Source of the DNA: Octopus sinensis
Lineage: Eukaryota
DNA: 64,000 bases
NCBI RefSeq assembly: GCF_006345805.1
Contig: NC_042998.1
Location: 59,396,001-59,460,000 of the forward strand
Direction of reading: 5' to 3'
In this document: positions 26,306 to 40,213 of the stretch, piece after piece
How the letters are laid out: the number at the start of each line of letters is the position of its first letter
Position numbering within the stretch: the stretch's first letter is position 1
The notes under the pieces: model-generated
The model's input: the letters and a program-made list of their open reading frames with translations, nothing else
Databases searched by the model: none
What the model was told of the DNA's origin: nothing
Program-made: the position numbers and the translations under genes

Positions 26306-29100
26306 TATTGCAACGTACTTTGTTACGTGCAATAAATAAGATAACCAGACAACGTAAAACAATGTAACGAACTAACAAACTCGGGAATTAACCTTGATAA
26401 GCAGTCTGCATGACCAATTTTGTTCGACGGATTATACTTCATCTTAAAATTGTAGTTCAGCAATAGTGTACCTAAGCTTTCTATTCGGTTCGCTGTATGG
26501 GTAAGAAATACCTTCTTTGATCTAAAAATTGATAGTAATGGCCGATGGTCGGTTTGTAAGAAAAAACTTCAACCTTTAGAAATTTGTGAAACTTTATTAC
26601 CGCAAAAATAATCGATAAAGCCTCCTTCTCTATACTTTTTTCCGCTGCTGTCTGCGATCGTAACCAATGAACTACTGGGTTCATAATTCCATCTTTATAC
26701 TTGTGTAGCAAGACTACTCCTATTCCATACTCCGAAGCCTCAGATGCTGCAATATCCAATCTAGGGTTGAAATGCGCTAGTGACAAGTCAAAATTTAGTA
26801 TTTTCTTTATATCTTCAAATGCGTTTTGGCACTTTACTGACAATTCCAGTTTACTTCTGTTATTTTAGTAAATCTTTTAATGGTGCTCTCAATTTATGTT
26901 TATTTGGAATGTACTGTTGATAGTAATTTGGTAGGCCAAGGAAAGCTTGTAATGTCAGTACATTCGTTTGAGGAGGCATAGTCATGATTGCGTCTGCCCT
27001 CGACGGGTCAGAATGTCTTCCATTCATATCTATGATTTGACCTAAGTATTTGATTTTAGACAAAAAATATTCACACTTCTCTTCACTGAGTGCAAAACCA
27101 TAATCCTAAATTTTTTAAAGACACACCTCATGTGTTCGATACGCTCATTCCACGATTCACTTTTGATTAACACCTCATCAAGGTATGGTATAGCAAATTG
27201 ACAGTCTGCTAACATCGCGTCCACTAACTGTTGAAATATTGCAGGTGATACCTTCAGTCCAAAAGGTAGACTATTATATTTCTATAGACCTCTGTGCGTG
27301 TTGACAGTTAACAGATTTGAGTATTTTTTTATCTACTTTGATTAGTAGGTAAGCATCAGATAGATCGAGTGTTGAGAATATTTTTTCTCCGTTTAGTTTT
27401 GCAAAATTATCTTCTGGGATCAGTAGTGGATAATGGTTCATTTTTAAAAGGTCATTTAAACCGGTCGGAGCATCAGCACACAACATAATTTTTTTTTTTT
27501 CTTTTTTATACATTCAGTCAGAGCTGCCCATTTCGCGTGATACATATTATCAATGATTTTGTTTTTTTTCCAATCTGTCCAACTCATCGTGCACATGCTT
27601 TATTGCCGCAAAAGGCACTTTTCTATTAGGCTTGAACACAGGTGTAACATTATCATCTAATTTAAAACATGCTTCAGTCTTTGTACATAAACCTAATTTG
27701 TCCGAGAGTACTTGCGGAAACACTTTTAAAATGTTTCTCTTTAACTCCTCAGACGAATTATTTTTAGGACAACCATTTACGAATTTACAATAGAGATATG
27801 TGGTGAGGTCCCAAAAATCGAATAATTCTAACCAATCAATACCAAACAGATCGGTTGCCTTTTTAACGACAAAGATTTTCGCCTTGAATTTTTTTCCCTC
27901 GAAATGTGACATTAGTCCATATTTTGCCCATGAAATGTAATTTGTCGCTCGTCACGTTACGAGCAGATTTCGCTGTTTCTCTCAACATAGGTTTCCCTAT
28001 TTCTTCCATTTGTCCATTGAAATATCACTTCCAATATCCAATTGAAGTTTAATATGTATTGCATTTATTTTTAACTGTACGAAGTTTCTTATTTGGTAGT
28101 TAGTCTGTTTCTGTTTCTACACCGAATTTCAGGTTTACCATCAATTGGTATTCTTCTGCCACGGACTGTAAGGTTAGATCTTGGTTCACTTGTTCCTAGT
28201 TAAAAATAATTCTTGCCAGAATTGCTGCATGTTCGCCTGATGTAAGGCCTTGTACGAAAATAAGACACTTGATCATCTCAGGTCTACCTTCTTTGAGTTT
28301 AAAACTTCCACACATCTTGTTGACTGTTCCTGCGTATGTGATAAAATCATCGTTATCTTTTTTCATTAGATTACAACACTCTCGTTCGAGTGTTAAATAG
28401 AGAAGTTTTATCATCGAATATGTTAGACAGTAATTCTTTTGTTTCTCTGAAATAAATTTCATTAGGTTGTATTGGACAATATGAAATTACAGTATTGTTT
28501 ATGCTCTACCGGAGCTAATTTTCGCAATAACAATCTCACTTTTTGTTTATCTGATCATGATTTGCAATCTTGCTTAATAATCTCCTCGTAACTTCTGTAG
28601 TATGATACAAAACTTATACCCTCCTCTGGGTTATAACTAAATTCATTAATCACGATCGAAATGCTGTCTGGCGACAAGGAACTTACCTCATTTTGGGGCT
28701 TCTTTGAATATTGCTGTTGTTGTATTTGTTGCTGCAATAGTTGCTTCTGCGACTCCTGTTGCTGCTCTCGTTGTTGCTTTACCAATGTGCAATGGAACCG
28801 AATGAGTCTTCTATAATTTAACAAGTGGTATCACGAACAAATTGTTAAATAACCTATGTGAGCTTCGAGACACTCGTTGCCAGATGTTGTAGTGTAATTT
28901 GTTACGTACAATAAATAAGATAACCAGACATCAGTAAAACAATCTAACGAACTAACAAATCTCTTTACCAACCAACAATCAATATTCCTTGTGGACAAAC
29001 CAACCGACACCTTTTGACTTCACTGTGAACTAACACGAACTTCACTTGACTCTGAAATCTGAACTCACTCGGATTGTTACTATTTATAAATTACTCAAAC
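26306..29100 (-). mobile_element. Decayed Ty3/Gypsy (Mag-like) LTR retrotransposon lacking integrase
   Basis: Minus ORF fragments: gag (FSYNPEEG..F..YY), protease region, RT (HYPL..PED.FAKLNG..FSTLDLSDAYL; YLDEVLI; YLGQII; FLGL.NYY), RNase H (ASEYGIGVVL; IEKEALSIIFAV.KFHKFL). LTR end ..ACA at 28885 followed by PBS-like TGGCAACGAG. LTR sequence repeated at ~26319-26382. The outer boundary is approximate. Confidence 0.85.
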
Positions 29101-29325
29101 CGGTATATTCTCATCGGTTCCTTTGGCCGAAGCGTTAAGTTGCGAGGTGGTAAACACGCCAAATCCGGTTGTCAACCGGTGGTGGGGAACAAACACATTT
29201 ACAAAGAAACACACACACACAGATATAAAGACACACACGCACTACCCAAAGTGCCACTATGTGGCACTGAATCCTGAACCATGTTCCTGGGAAGCAAGCT
29301 TATTACTACACAGCCACGCCTGGGA
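29085..29325 (-). mobile_element. OK-like SINE
   Basis: Minus head caggcgtggctgtgtagtaataagcttgcttcccag..ggttcaggattcagtgccac. Confidence 0.7.
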
Positions 29326-30151
29326 CTAGACACTCCACACACACAAACACACAAACACATATATACTATATATATTCGAAATATACATACATATACATAC
29401 ATATGGTGTGTGTGTGTGAGTATGTGTGAGTGTGTATGAATATACTCATATATGTTTCTATACACATATTCCTAGACGTTGTAAATTAGAATATAATCTT
29501 TGAAATAACTTCAAAGTTGTATTTCATGTCAAGGAGGAGAGTATTTTACATACGTTTCCTTACTTTTTTGTTGTTGTTATTTGTTTTTTTTCTTTACTTT
29601 TATATTCCACATAAATTTGGTCAACGTCCCTCCAAATTGTTTCCAGGCGCAATAATTCTTCATTTCAGTGATATTGTGCTCAGAACCGTTCATTCTAACA
29701 CTAAACCATTTATTCAAACAGAGCTTTTTTTCTGCATACTGTCAGCTCTAAGAATAGCCTGTCTGAGAAATGTGAACAAATAATTACTTAGTACGGTTTG
29801 TACTGTCATCGATCTGTATGTTATAAATCATGCTGAGGTTTAATTTTATGAAACATACTAATACAGAAATATTAACGATAGCTTAAGAAGAGAATTTCGA
29901 AGAAAACATTGATTTTGAAAACCATTCTCGATTTTCTTTAAATCTTTAAACCTCGTTAAAATAGTTAGTGATTTTTAACATTATGAACAAAATATAATAG
30001 AGTAATTGTGGTCAATGTTCTGCAATAAATTGCTGTTGGTTTCTGATCGGAAATTAAAACGCAAACGACAAAAATTACGGACGAATATTAAGGAATTAAT
30101 AATAAATCAACAGGAATTAATATTATCGCAATACAATTATTATAATATTAA

Positions 30152-30200
30152 CATACATACATAATACATACACACATACATACATACATACATACATACA

Positions 30201-30234
<34 letters not shown>

Positions 30235-30409
30235 CATACATACATACATACATGCATGCATGCATACATACATACATACATACATACATACATACATACA
30301 TACATACATACATACATACATACTACATACATACATACATACATACATACATACATACATACATACATACATACATACATACACACATACATACATACAT
30401 ACATACATA
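30152..30409. repeat. (CATA)n tetranucleotide microsatellite, ~260 bp
   Basis: Directly visible. Confidence 0.95.
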
Positions 30410-31190
30410 TGGCTGTATGATGCACCCATGTGGCAACGTCAACATCATACTTGCAGACGTGGAGAATCTTTAACATTCGTGTTTGGATGATTTTTTTCTA
30501 CAATTACGCCAACCTCCCCAGCCTAAAACAGTAACCATTGTATTTATCCAATTATAAATAAAAATACCTTTTACGACTTATCAACATGTGGTTATTCTAA
30601 CTGGCTTAAAAACAATATGGAATTCTGCTAGCACGATTATCGCTGAAACTAATAGCATCATCGATTCAACCAGCACTGAGTTATCAGTAAGCTATCTAAG
30701 GTGACGTAAATAGTATCCTCATTTTATTTAACCTTAATCTAAACCAAGAACGACTTCGGTGCTATGAAAAGCCCGTGATGACCCCCCTCTCTTATCGGCT
30801 ATATAAAACTGCTAAAAATCACTTGGGTGAAGGTCACCTCAACTTAAAGACATTTATGGCGGAAGAGATTCGGCCACAAAAATCTTTCTTGGAAATAAAA
30901 ATTGGCTTGCTTTCGCGATGCTAATTGGTGTGCTCAAGACACTGAGAATTCGATAACAACTAAAATAAAGTAAATCGAAAATAATGTAAACAAACCGCTG
31001 CTCTTATCACAAAATTCTCCGAAATATATTGCAAGATATTGCTGTTTGAGGCAGTCAAGGAAAGTTTGTACCTTCACAGAGGTCAGTTAAAATGCTAGTG
31101 GAAATAGCTCTTCGAATATCAGAGATAGAAGATAACTACGGACAACTACTTTGAAACCTCCAGCTTCTATGCCCTAATTATTAATTCATA

Positions 31191-31578
31191 TGTGGTGGAA
31201 GCACTCCGTCGGTTACGACGACGAGGGTTCCGGTTGATCCGAATCAACGGAACAGCCTGCTCGTGAAATTAACGTGTAAGTGGCTGAGCACTCCACTTAA
31301 CGTGTACCCTTAACGTAGTGCTCGGGGATATTCAGCGTGACACAGAGAGTGACAAGGCCGGCCCTTTGAAATACAAGGTACAACAGAAACAGGAAGTAAG
31401 AGTGAGAAAAAGTTGTGGTGAAAGAGTACAGCAGGGATCACCACCATCCCCTGCCGGAGCCTCGTGGAGCTTTAGGTGTTTTCGCTCAATAAACACTCAC
31501 AACGCCCGGTCTGGGAATCGAAACCGCGATCCTATGACCGCGAGTCCGCTGCCCTAACCACTGGGCCATTGCGCCTCC
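31191..31578 (-). mobile_element. tRNA-derived SINE (octopus OR-like), near full length
   Basis: Minus ggaggcgcaatggcccagtggttagggcagcggactcgcggtcataggatcgcggtttcgattcccagaccggg with intact A and B boxes. Confidence 0.85.
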
Positions 31579-32607
31579 ACTAATTCATATGTATACCAAT
31601 AATAATTGGAGCACTTGATTTTGTGCGTATATTGAAATCAAATACGTAAGTGACAATCTGGATAAGCTAAGGTTTAAAGGAAAAGAAATCGACGAGCTAA
31701 CTGTTAGAGCAGAAATACAATCTGTGAACACAAAACTAAAAGTATGCATGATTTTACCAAGTTCAAAATGGAAATATGCTTTTGTTGTCTGCATTCCAAC
31801 GATGGAGCATTGTATACTTGATAGAAATTAGCCTCTTCCTCAAAAGAAGTTTTCAAATAATTGAAAACTTCAAGTAACTGGGATTCAGTCGTTAATGCAC
31901 ACATTTTAGCCTCTAGCCATGAGCGTGCTGCTTTACTTCTCTGTTTTTCATTGCTACCATAATGACTTCTCTCTTCAGAATTGGTACGTTTTGTACGTCC
32001 GACACCCAGGCACTCCTGACTTCTCACTTGTAGTTCCACGTCTTGTCACTGTTGATGTGCCTAAATTCCTAAGAATGAACCACCATGCTCATTCCATTTC
32101 TCAAGAAGACAGATTTCCTGGAATATTCTTACTCATATCTTCCCTGTAGATATTTATCATTCAAATTCTAAAGGAGAATTAATAGCAACGAGATCGCCCA
32201 TCACAATGATTGTGTAAATGTCAAAGGGAATGCATCTGCCTTGAGACCAAACTAGTGCAAAAATAAAATCCAATAAAACAAATAATTAAAATCTAATTTC
32301 CGTCGATGTACCGTTGTTTCTTTGTAAACTGCTATATGGAAAGAATTCAAATTATAAAAAAACAAACAATGACACCCATATTACTCAAATACATATCAAT
32401 TATATAAAACATATATGGCGTTCATATACTAAAATTCATATTACATTTGACTTCTAATTCTACTTAGTTTTAAAATATTCCAAAGCATTTATATTCCCCG
32501 TGGTTATGACTGTGAGTAGTATATTCACTTTGGTTACAACGACGTACCTTGGTGCGTTAACACGCTAAATACATACACATAGCAAAAAGAAAAACTATAT
32601 TAATAAT

Positions 32608-32820
32608 CCTTTCTACTATAGGCCCAAGACCGGATATTTGGGGAGAGGGACCAGTCGATTTTGATCGACCCCAGTACGCAAATGGTACTTAATTTATCGA
32701 CCCGGAAAGGATGAAAGGCAAAGTCGACCTTGGCAGAATTTGAACTCAGGAAGGTAGCGACGGGTGAAATAGCGCTAAGTACTTCGTCCGACGTGCTAAT
32801 ATTTCTGCCAGCTCACCACC
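32608..32820 (-). mobile_element. tRNA-derived SINE with Meta/MESC-like core
   Basis: Minus gagttcaaattctgccaaggtcgactttgcctttcatcctttccgggtcgataaattaagtacca. Confidence 0.7.
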
Positions 32821-34639
32821 GTGAAACGCGGTTATAATAAATGCCAAATATATATTACTTTACTCTTTGCTTTTTGTTATACAAAATAAACTAAAGTACA
32901 CGTTGGTTTACCTTATTGCGGTTCTTTCGTTCAGAAGACTTCATTTTTTGTAGCTATTGTTTACGTTTATATATTTATAAAAATCCCTAATGTGATATTC
33001 AGTACATTTCATCTTTATTATCTTTTCATCCGCAGCGGCAATATATCAGAGAAAAATCTAATGTTTGATCTAATTGAAGAAAGTTTGATTTCAATAAGTA
33101 TGTATTATGCGATGAATTTAATAAGAAATGAGTTAATCGCTGGGAAAGTTCTAAACTTTCTTGCCATTTCTTATTAGATTTGATCACCAGCTTCTATGTA
33201 TATGTGTGTACACACATGCATGTGTACATACATGCATGTTTATATACATACATGCATGATTACATACATACATACATGCATGCATACATACACACATACA
33301 TACATACATACGTACGTACGTACTACTAGTAACATACATACATAAATGCTAACATACATCGATGTATGTTTGTATGCATACATGTATGTATATAATTAGT
33401 GACCTGAGTATTTATCTTTGTGTGAATTACAAATTTATAAAATGCAGTTTATTGCGTTAAAAAAACATTTCAACTCATGAAGTTATAAACTCAAACCTGT
33501 TTACTCTGAAACAACATCCAGTAGATTACAGATCCTCGGAAACCTGAAGCCCAAAAAGTGTTGTTAATTTTTTGTTACAGTAAAGAAATTTCATGTCACT
33601 TATGAATGGGAAGTAATGGTTCAAAGACATGAGACTGAGAGGGGAAAAGAGAAAGTAAGGGATAATGGAGCGAGATAAAGTTGTATATAGAGAGATATAC
33701 AGTAGATAACATGAGGTGATATCGAATTAGTAAATAGTTACAAAGCGAGACATAATATGAGATGGGAATGCAATAAATTGAATGAAAGCTGTGATTAATT
33801 GATTAATTAATTTTTCCTTACAAATTAAATATGATTATTATATGCAATTTCCTCCGATTTAAAATTCAAACTTCTGACCTCAACAAGATTTATCTGAAGT
33901 GATAATCTCCGTTAGAATAGCTGCTACCAGGGCACACCGAGTGTTTCACATTTATTAGATGCATCTTCAATTAGAACGTTAGTTTTATCAATCGATAAAC
34001 AGCTTGATATTTTCCCAAATTTTCAAATCCACTTACTACAAATATCTTGACTCTACAAAGTTCGCAACTCATGTACTGGAGTTGTAAATTCTCTACAGCG
34101 AATTCTGTTTAAACAAGTGTCTACATTATTCCAGAATTTAATCTTGTTGCGGTTATGTATGATACGTCACTTCACAAGTTCTTAAAATATTAATGCCTTA
34201 TGTTGTTTACCTACTAATCTGAATAGTTGTTCCACGTCAAAATATTTATGATGCGATCTAACTCGGAGACACATACGTTTGTGCGGTTCAGTAAAACGTT
34301 GCTTTGATATATCATCAGGGCATTATTTACCTCTTGCTGGGCTTTACCTGAAAGAAATTGTTTTTCTCATGGTCACCATTATCTTGCATGTACTGGTATT
34401 AGAAGTCAACGCATTACTTTTCTTAGGTCCTCTCAATAAACAGATGGAACAGTTTTTACAAGGAAATCCATAGTTTAAAGTGAACAATACGTAACAGGAA
34501 TAAACACAGTATTAGGTGTGCCATAGTCTCAAAACATGAGACCCCTAAACTTATGTGCGAGGTAATGCAGAATTTAAGTTAAATGCACTCACCACATAAG
34601 GAGGGAGTGTTTATACCTGAAAAACAAAACTTACAAGAC

Positions 34640-35695
34640 TAATCTTGTTTCTGCCCGTGTAGAAGATCTACAGCGACCTTTGATAACCTAGAATACACAC
34701 CGAAAGAAGTCGCACGGCTCTAACGCAACGTATCATTAGATGAAAGGATGACCCTATAGGAGCAGAACACTATGCATGGATATGCTAGTAGAAAGCTCTG
34801 TGATGATAGTGACATCGATCATCAAAGCAGTTTATCCTGGTCTGATAGGCGGCTTATCACCTCCCACTATGAAGAGTATGCGTTTGCAATCCAGGAAGGG
34901 GGAATATCGACCAAGTACCTGATGCAACAAAGAGATGGAGATGCGAGAAAAACCGTAAAATGTAACAACCGATGCAGACTTTGTGGAGTTCACACTGAAG
35001 ATATTACCCACATCATAAGCAGTTCTTCGAAAGTATCATCACGGTATTATCTACCGATGAGACATAATGTTGTAGCTAGGACACTCTATAATGAAATCCA
35101 TCGGAAGGATAATCCCAAGGACAAAGAAATAAAATCCCACAATATGGTAAAAGCCATAGCCACTCATAATGAAAAGGAATACTGGTGGAATGTACTAGTG
35201 AAGACCTCAGTAAAAGGTAAGCACAACAGACCTGATATGATGATTTGGTATAGAGAAGAAAAACTGTGCACAGTTGTGGAAATTAGCTGCCCAGTGGATG
35301 TTAACATAAAGCTTAAGATCTGTGAAAAAGAGAACACCTATGCGGAATTATTGCGAAATATACAGTTACTCTATCCAGATTACAAGTTTAGGTTTACACC
35401 TGTAATTATTGGGGTCCTGGAATATGTAACACACTACCTAAATACCAATCTTGAGAATCTAGGCTTCTCAAAACCAGAAAGAAGAGAGCTAATTGGAAGC
35501 CTACAGTTAAAATCTATCACTGGAACTGTAAAAATCTGTAAAACCTTTCAGAAGGTTATCATTTCAATATATATATATATATATATATATGTCTTGATAC
35601 GTTACTCTATGCATGAGAATACACACATAAAACATACAAATCTGCACAAACATACATACATAAATGCATACATACATACATACATACAAAAATAA
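34640..35695 (+). mobile_element. RLE-type (R4/Dong-like) non-LTR retrotransposon, 3' portion: zinc knuckle plus PD-(D/E)xK endonuclease
   Basis: ORF 34772..35695: FAIQEG.I.TK, CRLC...EDITHI, RHNVVA, HNRPD..I...VVEISCP, K...Y, PVIIG.L. Ends in (CATA)n. Confidence 0.85.
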
Positions 35696-35749
35696 TTTCA
35701 ATATTTTAATGTGAAAATAATTTCAATACGGACCAAATAATTGACGAGA

Positions 35750-36480
35750 AAAATAATTTACGAAAAAATTATTTGCCAAAATACCATTAACTCTGTTATT
35801 ATCAAGTGTAAGGATTTTAAAATGCTACAAACAGAATCAATATATAGGCGATTGCTGGCCCCCAACAAGCATTAAATAACCGAAGGATTGAAATTAATCA
35901 AATGACATACTAAGTATATCTACCTGCTGGAAACATCTGTCAAACGTCTTATTTAAATCGCTAAAATACACTGACAATAATTACAAAAATTAACCGTCCG
36001 AAGCGACACCGGCTTAGATAAACATTGAAATTATTTTCACACTGTTGGCTGACATGATTTCGGCGCAAAACGAATCAGTTGCAGCGCAGACTCCAACATA
36101 ACGGTTCGTGGCTTTCCATCATGGTAACGCGTGGTGAGGAAGGTTAGTCTATTATGCCAGTTCAGAAACCGGTCCACATGAGTCCAAATACTTGAATGTA
36201 TGCTGAAGGGGTGTCTTTGCCCTTTTGCCTTCGGACGGTTGATTTCTGTAGTTATTATCAGTGTATTTTGGCGATTTAAATAAGGATTTTGACTGTTATT
36301 CCCAGCAAATAGACATACTCAGTATGTCCTTTGATTAATTGTAATCCGTTAGCTATTTAATACATTTTGGGGAGGTGCAATCGCCTATATCATTGATTCT
36401 GTTATTATCATTTTTTAATGTTTACACTAGATAATAACAGAGTCAATGGTATTTTCGCAAATTAATTTTCGTGAATTATT
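35750..36480. repeat. Diverged foldback/MITE with ~260-bp inverted arms
   Basis: aaaataccattaactctgttattatc (35778) pairs with gataataacagagtcaatggtatttt (36430). aattaaccgtccgaag (35988) pairs with cttcggacggttgatt (36229). Confidence 0.75.
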
Positions 36481-36486
36481 TGCTCC

Positions 36487-36536
<50 letters not shown>

Positions 36537-36684
36537 TATATATACCCCTTCGGCATTGCGGTACTAGTACTCTGCTTTTAGAACTAAAAATACATAGGCT
36601 CATTCGAATACAGAGTGGCAATAAGAAACTAGGATGACAAAGGACTAAGCAAATATGTTATAAAATTCATTAGCTATTGAGCCT

Positions 36685-36778
36685 AAAAACAGAAACAATT
36701 CCCATTATAGTAGGTGCATTAGGTATGATAAAAAAACATTCAAATACAGAAACACCAAGCCTTACAAGTATGCAGATT
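36685..36778 (+). pseudogene. Short R4/Dong-like C-terminal fragment
   Basis: Translates LKTETIPIIVGALGMIKKH. Confidence 0.55.
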
Positions 36779-36779
36779 G

Positions 36780-37010
36780 CAGTGAATAAATTGTCGTCTA
36801 AATAATGCAAAAATGAAAATGACACTGACATCTCATTTCAACAGATATATTTACTAAAATTACATTTTATTTAATAAAATCCTCATTGGCGTCAACCACG
36901 GCCTTCAGACAATTTCGGAATCTCCTGCAGCACTTCTGGATGGTCTCATTGTTTAAGCTGGTGAATGCTGCCATAATCCTTGCCTTCAGTTCATCTTTCG
37001 TGTTACAAAT
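36780..37010 (-). pseudogene. Tc1/mariner superfamily (maT-like) transposase C-terminus and element end
   Basis: Minus CNTKDELKARIMAAFTSLNNETIQKCCRRFRNCLKAVVDANEDFIK*; terminus CAGTG at ~36780. Confidence 0.7.
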
Positions 37011-37292
37011 TTCTGCTTATAAATTCACTCACAACGCATTGGTCGGCTCGAAGGTTCAAGAGAAAAAAAATGCTTGCCCAAGGTGGCTGCGAAGTGAGTT
37101 TCTTAACTACATACCCATGTCTAGGGCTATTAGAGTTATGTATAATCCAGAAATACACAGCTGAGATGATAGCAAGAAATCAAATCTATCGAAAAGGGAA
37201 TGTGGATGCATAAATATTTCTGTTACTTCAATTCTTCCGATGAAGTTAATCGTTTGAAAATTGCTCGTCGTAGCGAGTTTAAGATATATATA

Positions 37293-37361
<69 letters not shown>

Positions 37362-38233
37362 AATACATACATACATACAAACATATATATATATATATAT
37401 ATAATATAATGTATGTATATATGTATGTAAGAATGGATGGATGGATGTTTCTATGTATGTATGTATGTATATTGCATGGAAATTCTACAAACATTTTCAG
37501 ACATTCCTCACTTAGAATTTTGTCTCATTTCTTTCATGTTCATGTTTGATATAAAGATACCTTTAATTATGGTATATTAGGTTATTTTGCAAAACAAATA
37601 AATAAAATATTTTAACTAGAAATGTATTTTTCATTTCATCAGCTCAAGACAATATTCTCATGTTGCCTTGGTTTTGTCTTTGTTTTTGGTTAGTACTTTC
37701 TAAAAAACACAAAGCACAGGCAAAAGATATGAAGCAATTATAAAAAAAAAAAAAAAATTATACGTTAAAATGTTCGTTTGAAAATCAGAGCAGAATTAGG
37801 TTTAATGCATAATTTTATTACACTCAAAGTAGTGTTGAAAGATATCGCATATTTGTTAAATTTACCGTTTGAAAACCTTCATATCAAAATCATTCACGCT
37901 ACAATTTACGCAATTAGGTTATTTTGAAATGAAATAACCATCAAAGAGCTTCAAGATTGCAGGATGATTTTCTTGCGTCAAAGAGAAGAGAAGCAGTACA
38001 GTGTTCACTATAGCACAGAAAGAATGATAATTTCATTTAAATTACAGAACGGTTTGAACATAATTTGTAAACTGTAGTTTTAATGCAAATTAAAAAAACA
38101 AAGACAATATTTTAGAAGTTTTTATTTGAGTGTTGGTATATGTGAATATGGACTAATTACATCAATATCCAATACCGAATCACTAGGTTATGTTTTGACA
38201 TAAAAATCACTAGTGTAAAGTGGTATTACACTG

Positions 38234-38460
38234 TGGAAGCGCGTGGCTTAATGGTTAGGAGGTTTGGGCTTCATGATCGTAAGATTGTGGTTTCGATTTC
38301 TGGACCGGGATACGCGTTGTGTTCCTGAGCAAAACACTTCGATCCACGTTACTCTAGTTCATTCATTGGCGTCTAAATTCCTCTCCTATACACGTAGGGA
38401 ACTTATACGCTATGGAAACCGGTCCTTATGAAACGAGAAAATAACTTTACCTTACCTTTT
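38234..38460 (+). mobile_element. tRNA-derived SINE (V-domain-like core)
   Basis: ggaagcgcgtggcttaatggttagg...gtggtttcgatt...gttgtgttcctgagcaaaacactt. Confidence 0.65.
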
Positions 38461-38984
38461 TAGTAATATGGAAGTATTTATATATGATAATGTGTATACA
38501 CACACTCACACAGAAAAGCACATACATGCACACACACACACATATGTATACAATTATATGTTTTGACTACAACATTAGAGTATTTTAGCTCTTATATCTA
38601 GGAATGAATGTGTTTATAACGCCCTAGTCACATTTAGTGATTGTTATAGCTTTCCTTTTTGGTGAAATATTACAAACAGCTGTCTATATTATTTTTCTGT
38701 ATACACATTAGGGATTCGCTAAATCATCCATTGATTTCTATGATGAGAACATATATATTAACAGAGAATTAAGTCGAAACTGAAAGGTCAGTATAAAGAA
38801 TTCTCGAACGGTGTTTTCGTACGCTTACAGTCCCTGTCAGTATATATGACTACATCATTAGAGCATTTTAGGCCTCATTTCTACTATTATAGGTGTAAAC
38901 AACACATTTAGTAACGATTTTAAGTTTCCTTCTAGGTGAAACATTGCAAACTGCTGTCTATTTATATCTTATATATACATATAC

Positions 38985-39141
38985 GGCATGTTTCTTTCTC
39001 TTTCCGTCTACCAAATCCACTCACAAGGCTGTAGTCTGCCCGAGGCTATAATAGAAGGCACTTATACAAGGTGCCACGCAGTGGGACTGAATCCAGACCC
39101 GCGTGGTTGAGAACCAAGCTTCTTACCAAGCAGTCACACCT

Positions 39142-39145
<4 letters not shown>
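38985..39145 (-). mobile_element. OK-like SINE fragment
   Basis: tttccgtctaccaaatccactcacaaggct...gtgccacgcagtgggactga. Confidence 0.7.
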
Positions 39146-39191
<46 letters not shown>

Positions 39192-39984
39192 GTATATAAC
39201 GTTGCTATTATCCAAAAGTGTCGTAAGTCCAAACCGTTGCGTTTTCAGAAAACAACAAACAGTTTCTCCATTCCATAGCAAAGTCGGTGAGAGAAAGAGA
39301 AAGAAAGAAAGAGAAAGAGAGAGAGAGGGAGAGACGCATGGGCAGGTGGTTTTCGTACCAGTAGCATAAGAACCAGCTGTTCATTCTTAAGAGACATTAT
39401 ATTCATTTCTGCAGTCTACTGATCTGTGACGAGTAACAGCATAGTCCTTTTACAGCCATTTCTCTCTCCAGCTGCCCCACGGCAGATGGTTCATTGCCTC
39501 ACGGATGATGGGAGACGAGAAGTGATTTATGTCTCATCACATAAACACCACATAAATACCCAAACATCACATAACATCACATAAAAACCACATAAACACC
39601 CAAAACATTTGAGAGGAAGATGGTACATGGTAGCAAGTCATAGTTCCTGGTGTTTAGCAGGGATACTGATGCATGTGATTATACGACGGGACTTTGTCTG
39701 CCAGATTCCACAGACATTTTATTGACAGAATTGTTGCTAAATAAGAAGACACTTCCCTCAAATGCTATACAGTGGGACCGAAACTAGAAAACATTTTAAA
39801 GTCGGTTACAGATTACGAGGACGGAAACAAGTCAACATCCTTTGTCAAGTGTTGGTGAAGGGAAGAATATATGGAACAAATATAGATACAAAGATACAAG
39901 AACAAAGAGCCACACACACACACATACACACACACGCACTCATACACACACACATGCACACACGCGCACACACATATATACTAT

Positions 39985-40213
39985 TTGTTTATTGCTCACA
40001 AGGGGCTAAACATAGAGGGGACAAACAAGGACAGACAAAGGGATTAAGTCGAATATATTGACCCTAGAGAGTAACTGGTAATTATTTAATCGACCCCGAA
40101 AGGATGAAAGGCAAAGTCGACCTCGTCGGAATTTGAACTCAGAACGTAAAGGCAGACGAAATACAGCTAAGCATTTTGCCCGGCGCGCTAACGTTTCTGC
40201 CAGTTTGCCGCCT
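39985..40213 (-). mobile_element. tRNA-derived SINE with Meta/MESC-like core
   Basis: Minus ggcggcaaactggcagaaacgttagc...gagttcaaattccgacgaggtcgactttgcctttcatcctttcggggtcgatt. Confidence 0.75.

Noticed and set aside
31500-31578. tRNA gene (and similar heads elsewhere)
   Set aside because: The tRNA-like head continues into a repeated SINE body; no complete cloverleaf is evident.
30700-32150. Possible transposase or host exon around ORF 31704..32039
   Set aside because: No diagnostic motif; similarity too weak to call.
37156-37204. Hammerhead-like CTGAGAT GATAG..CTATC GAAA
   Set aside because: The core is not CUGANGA and there is no stem III or UH; at most a decayed remnant.
38625-38985. Diverged ~80-bp direct repeats about 275 bp apart
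   Set aside because: Probably an old local duplication; no ribozyme core or terminal hallmarks seen.
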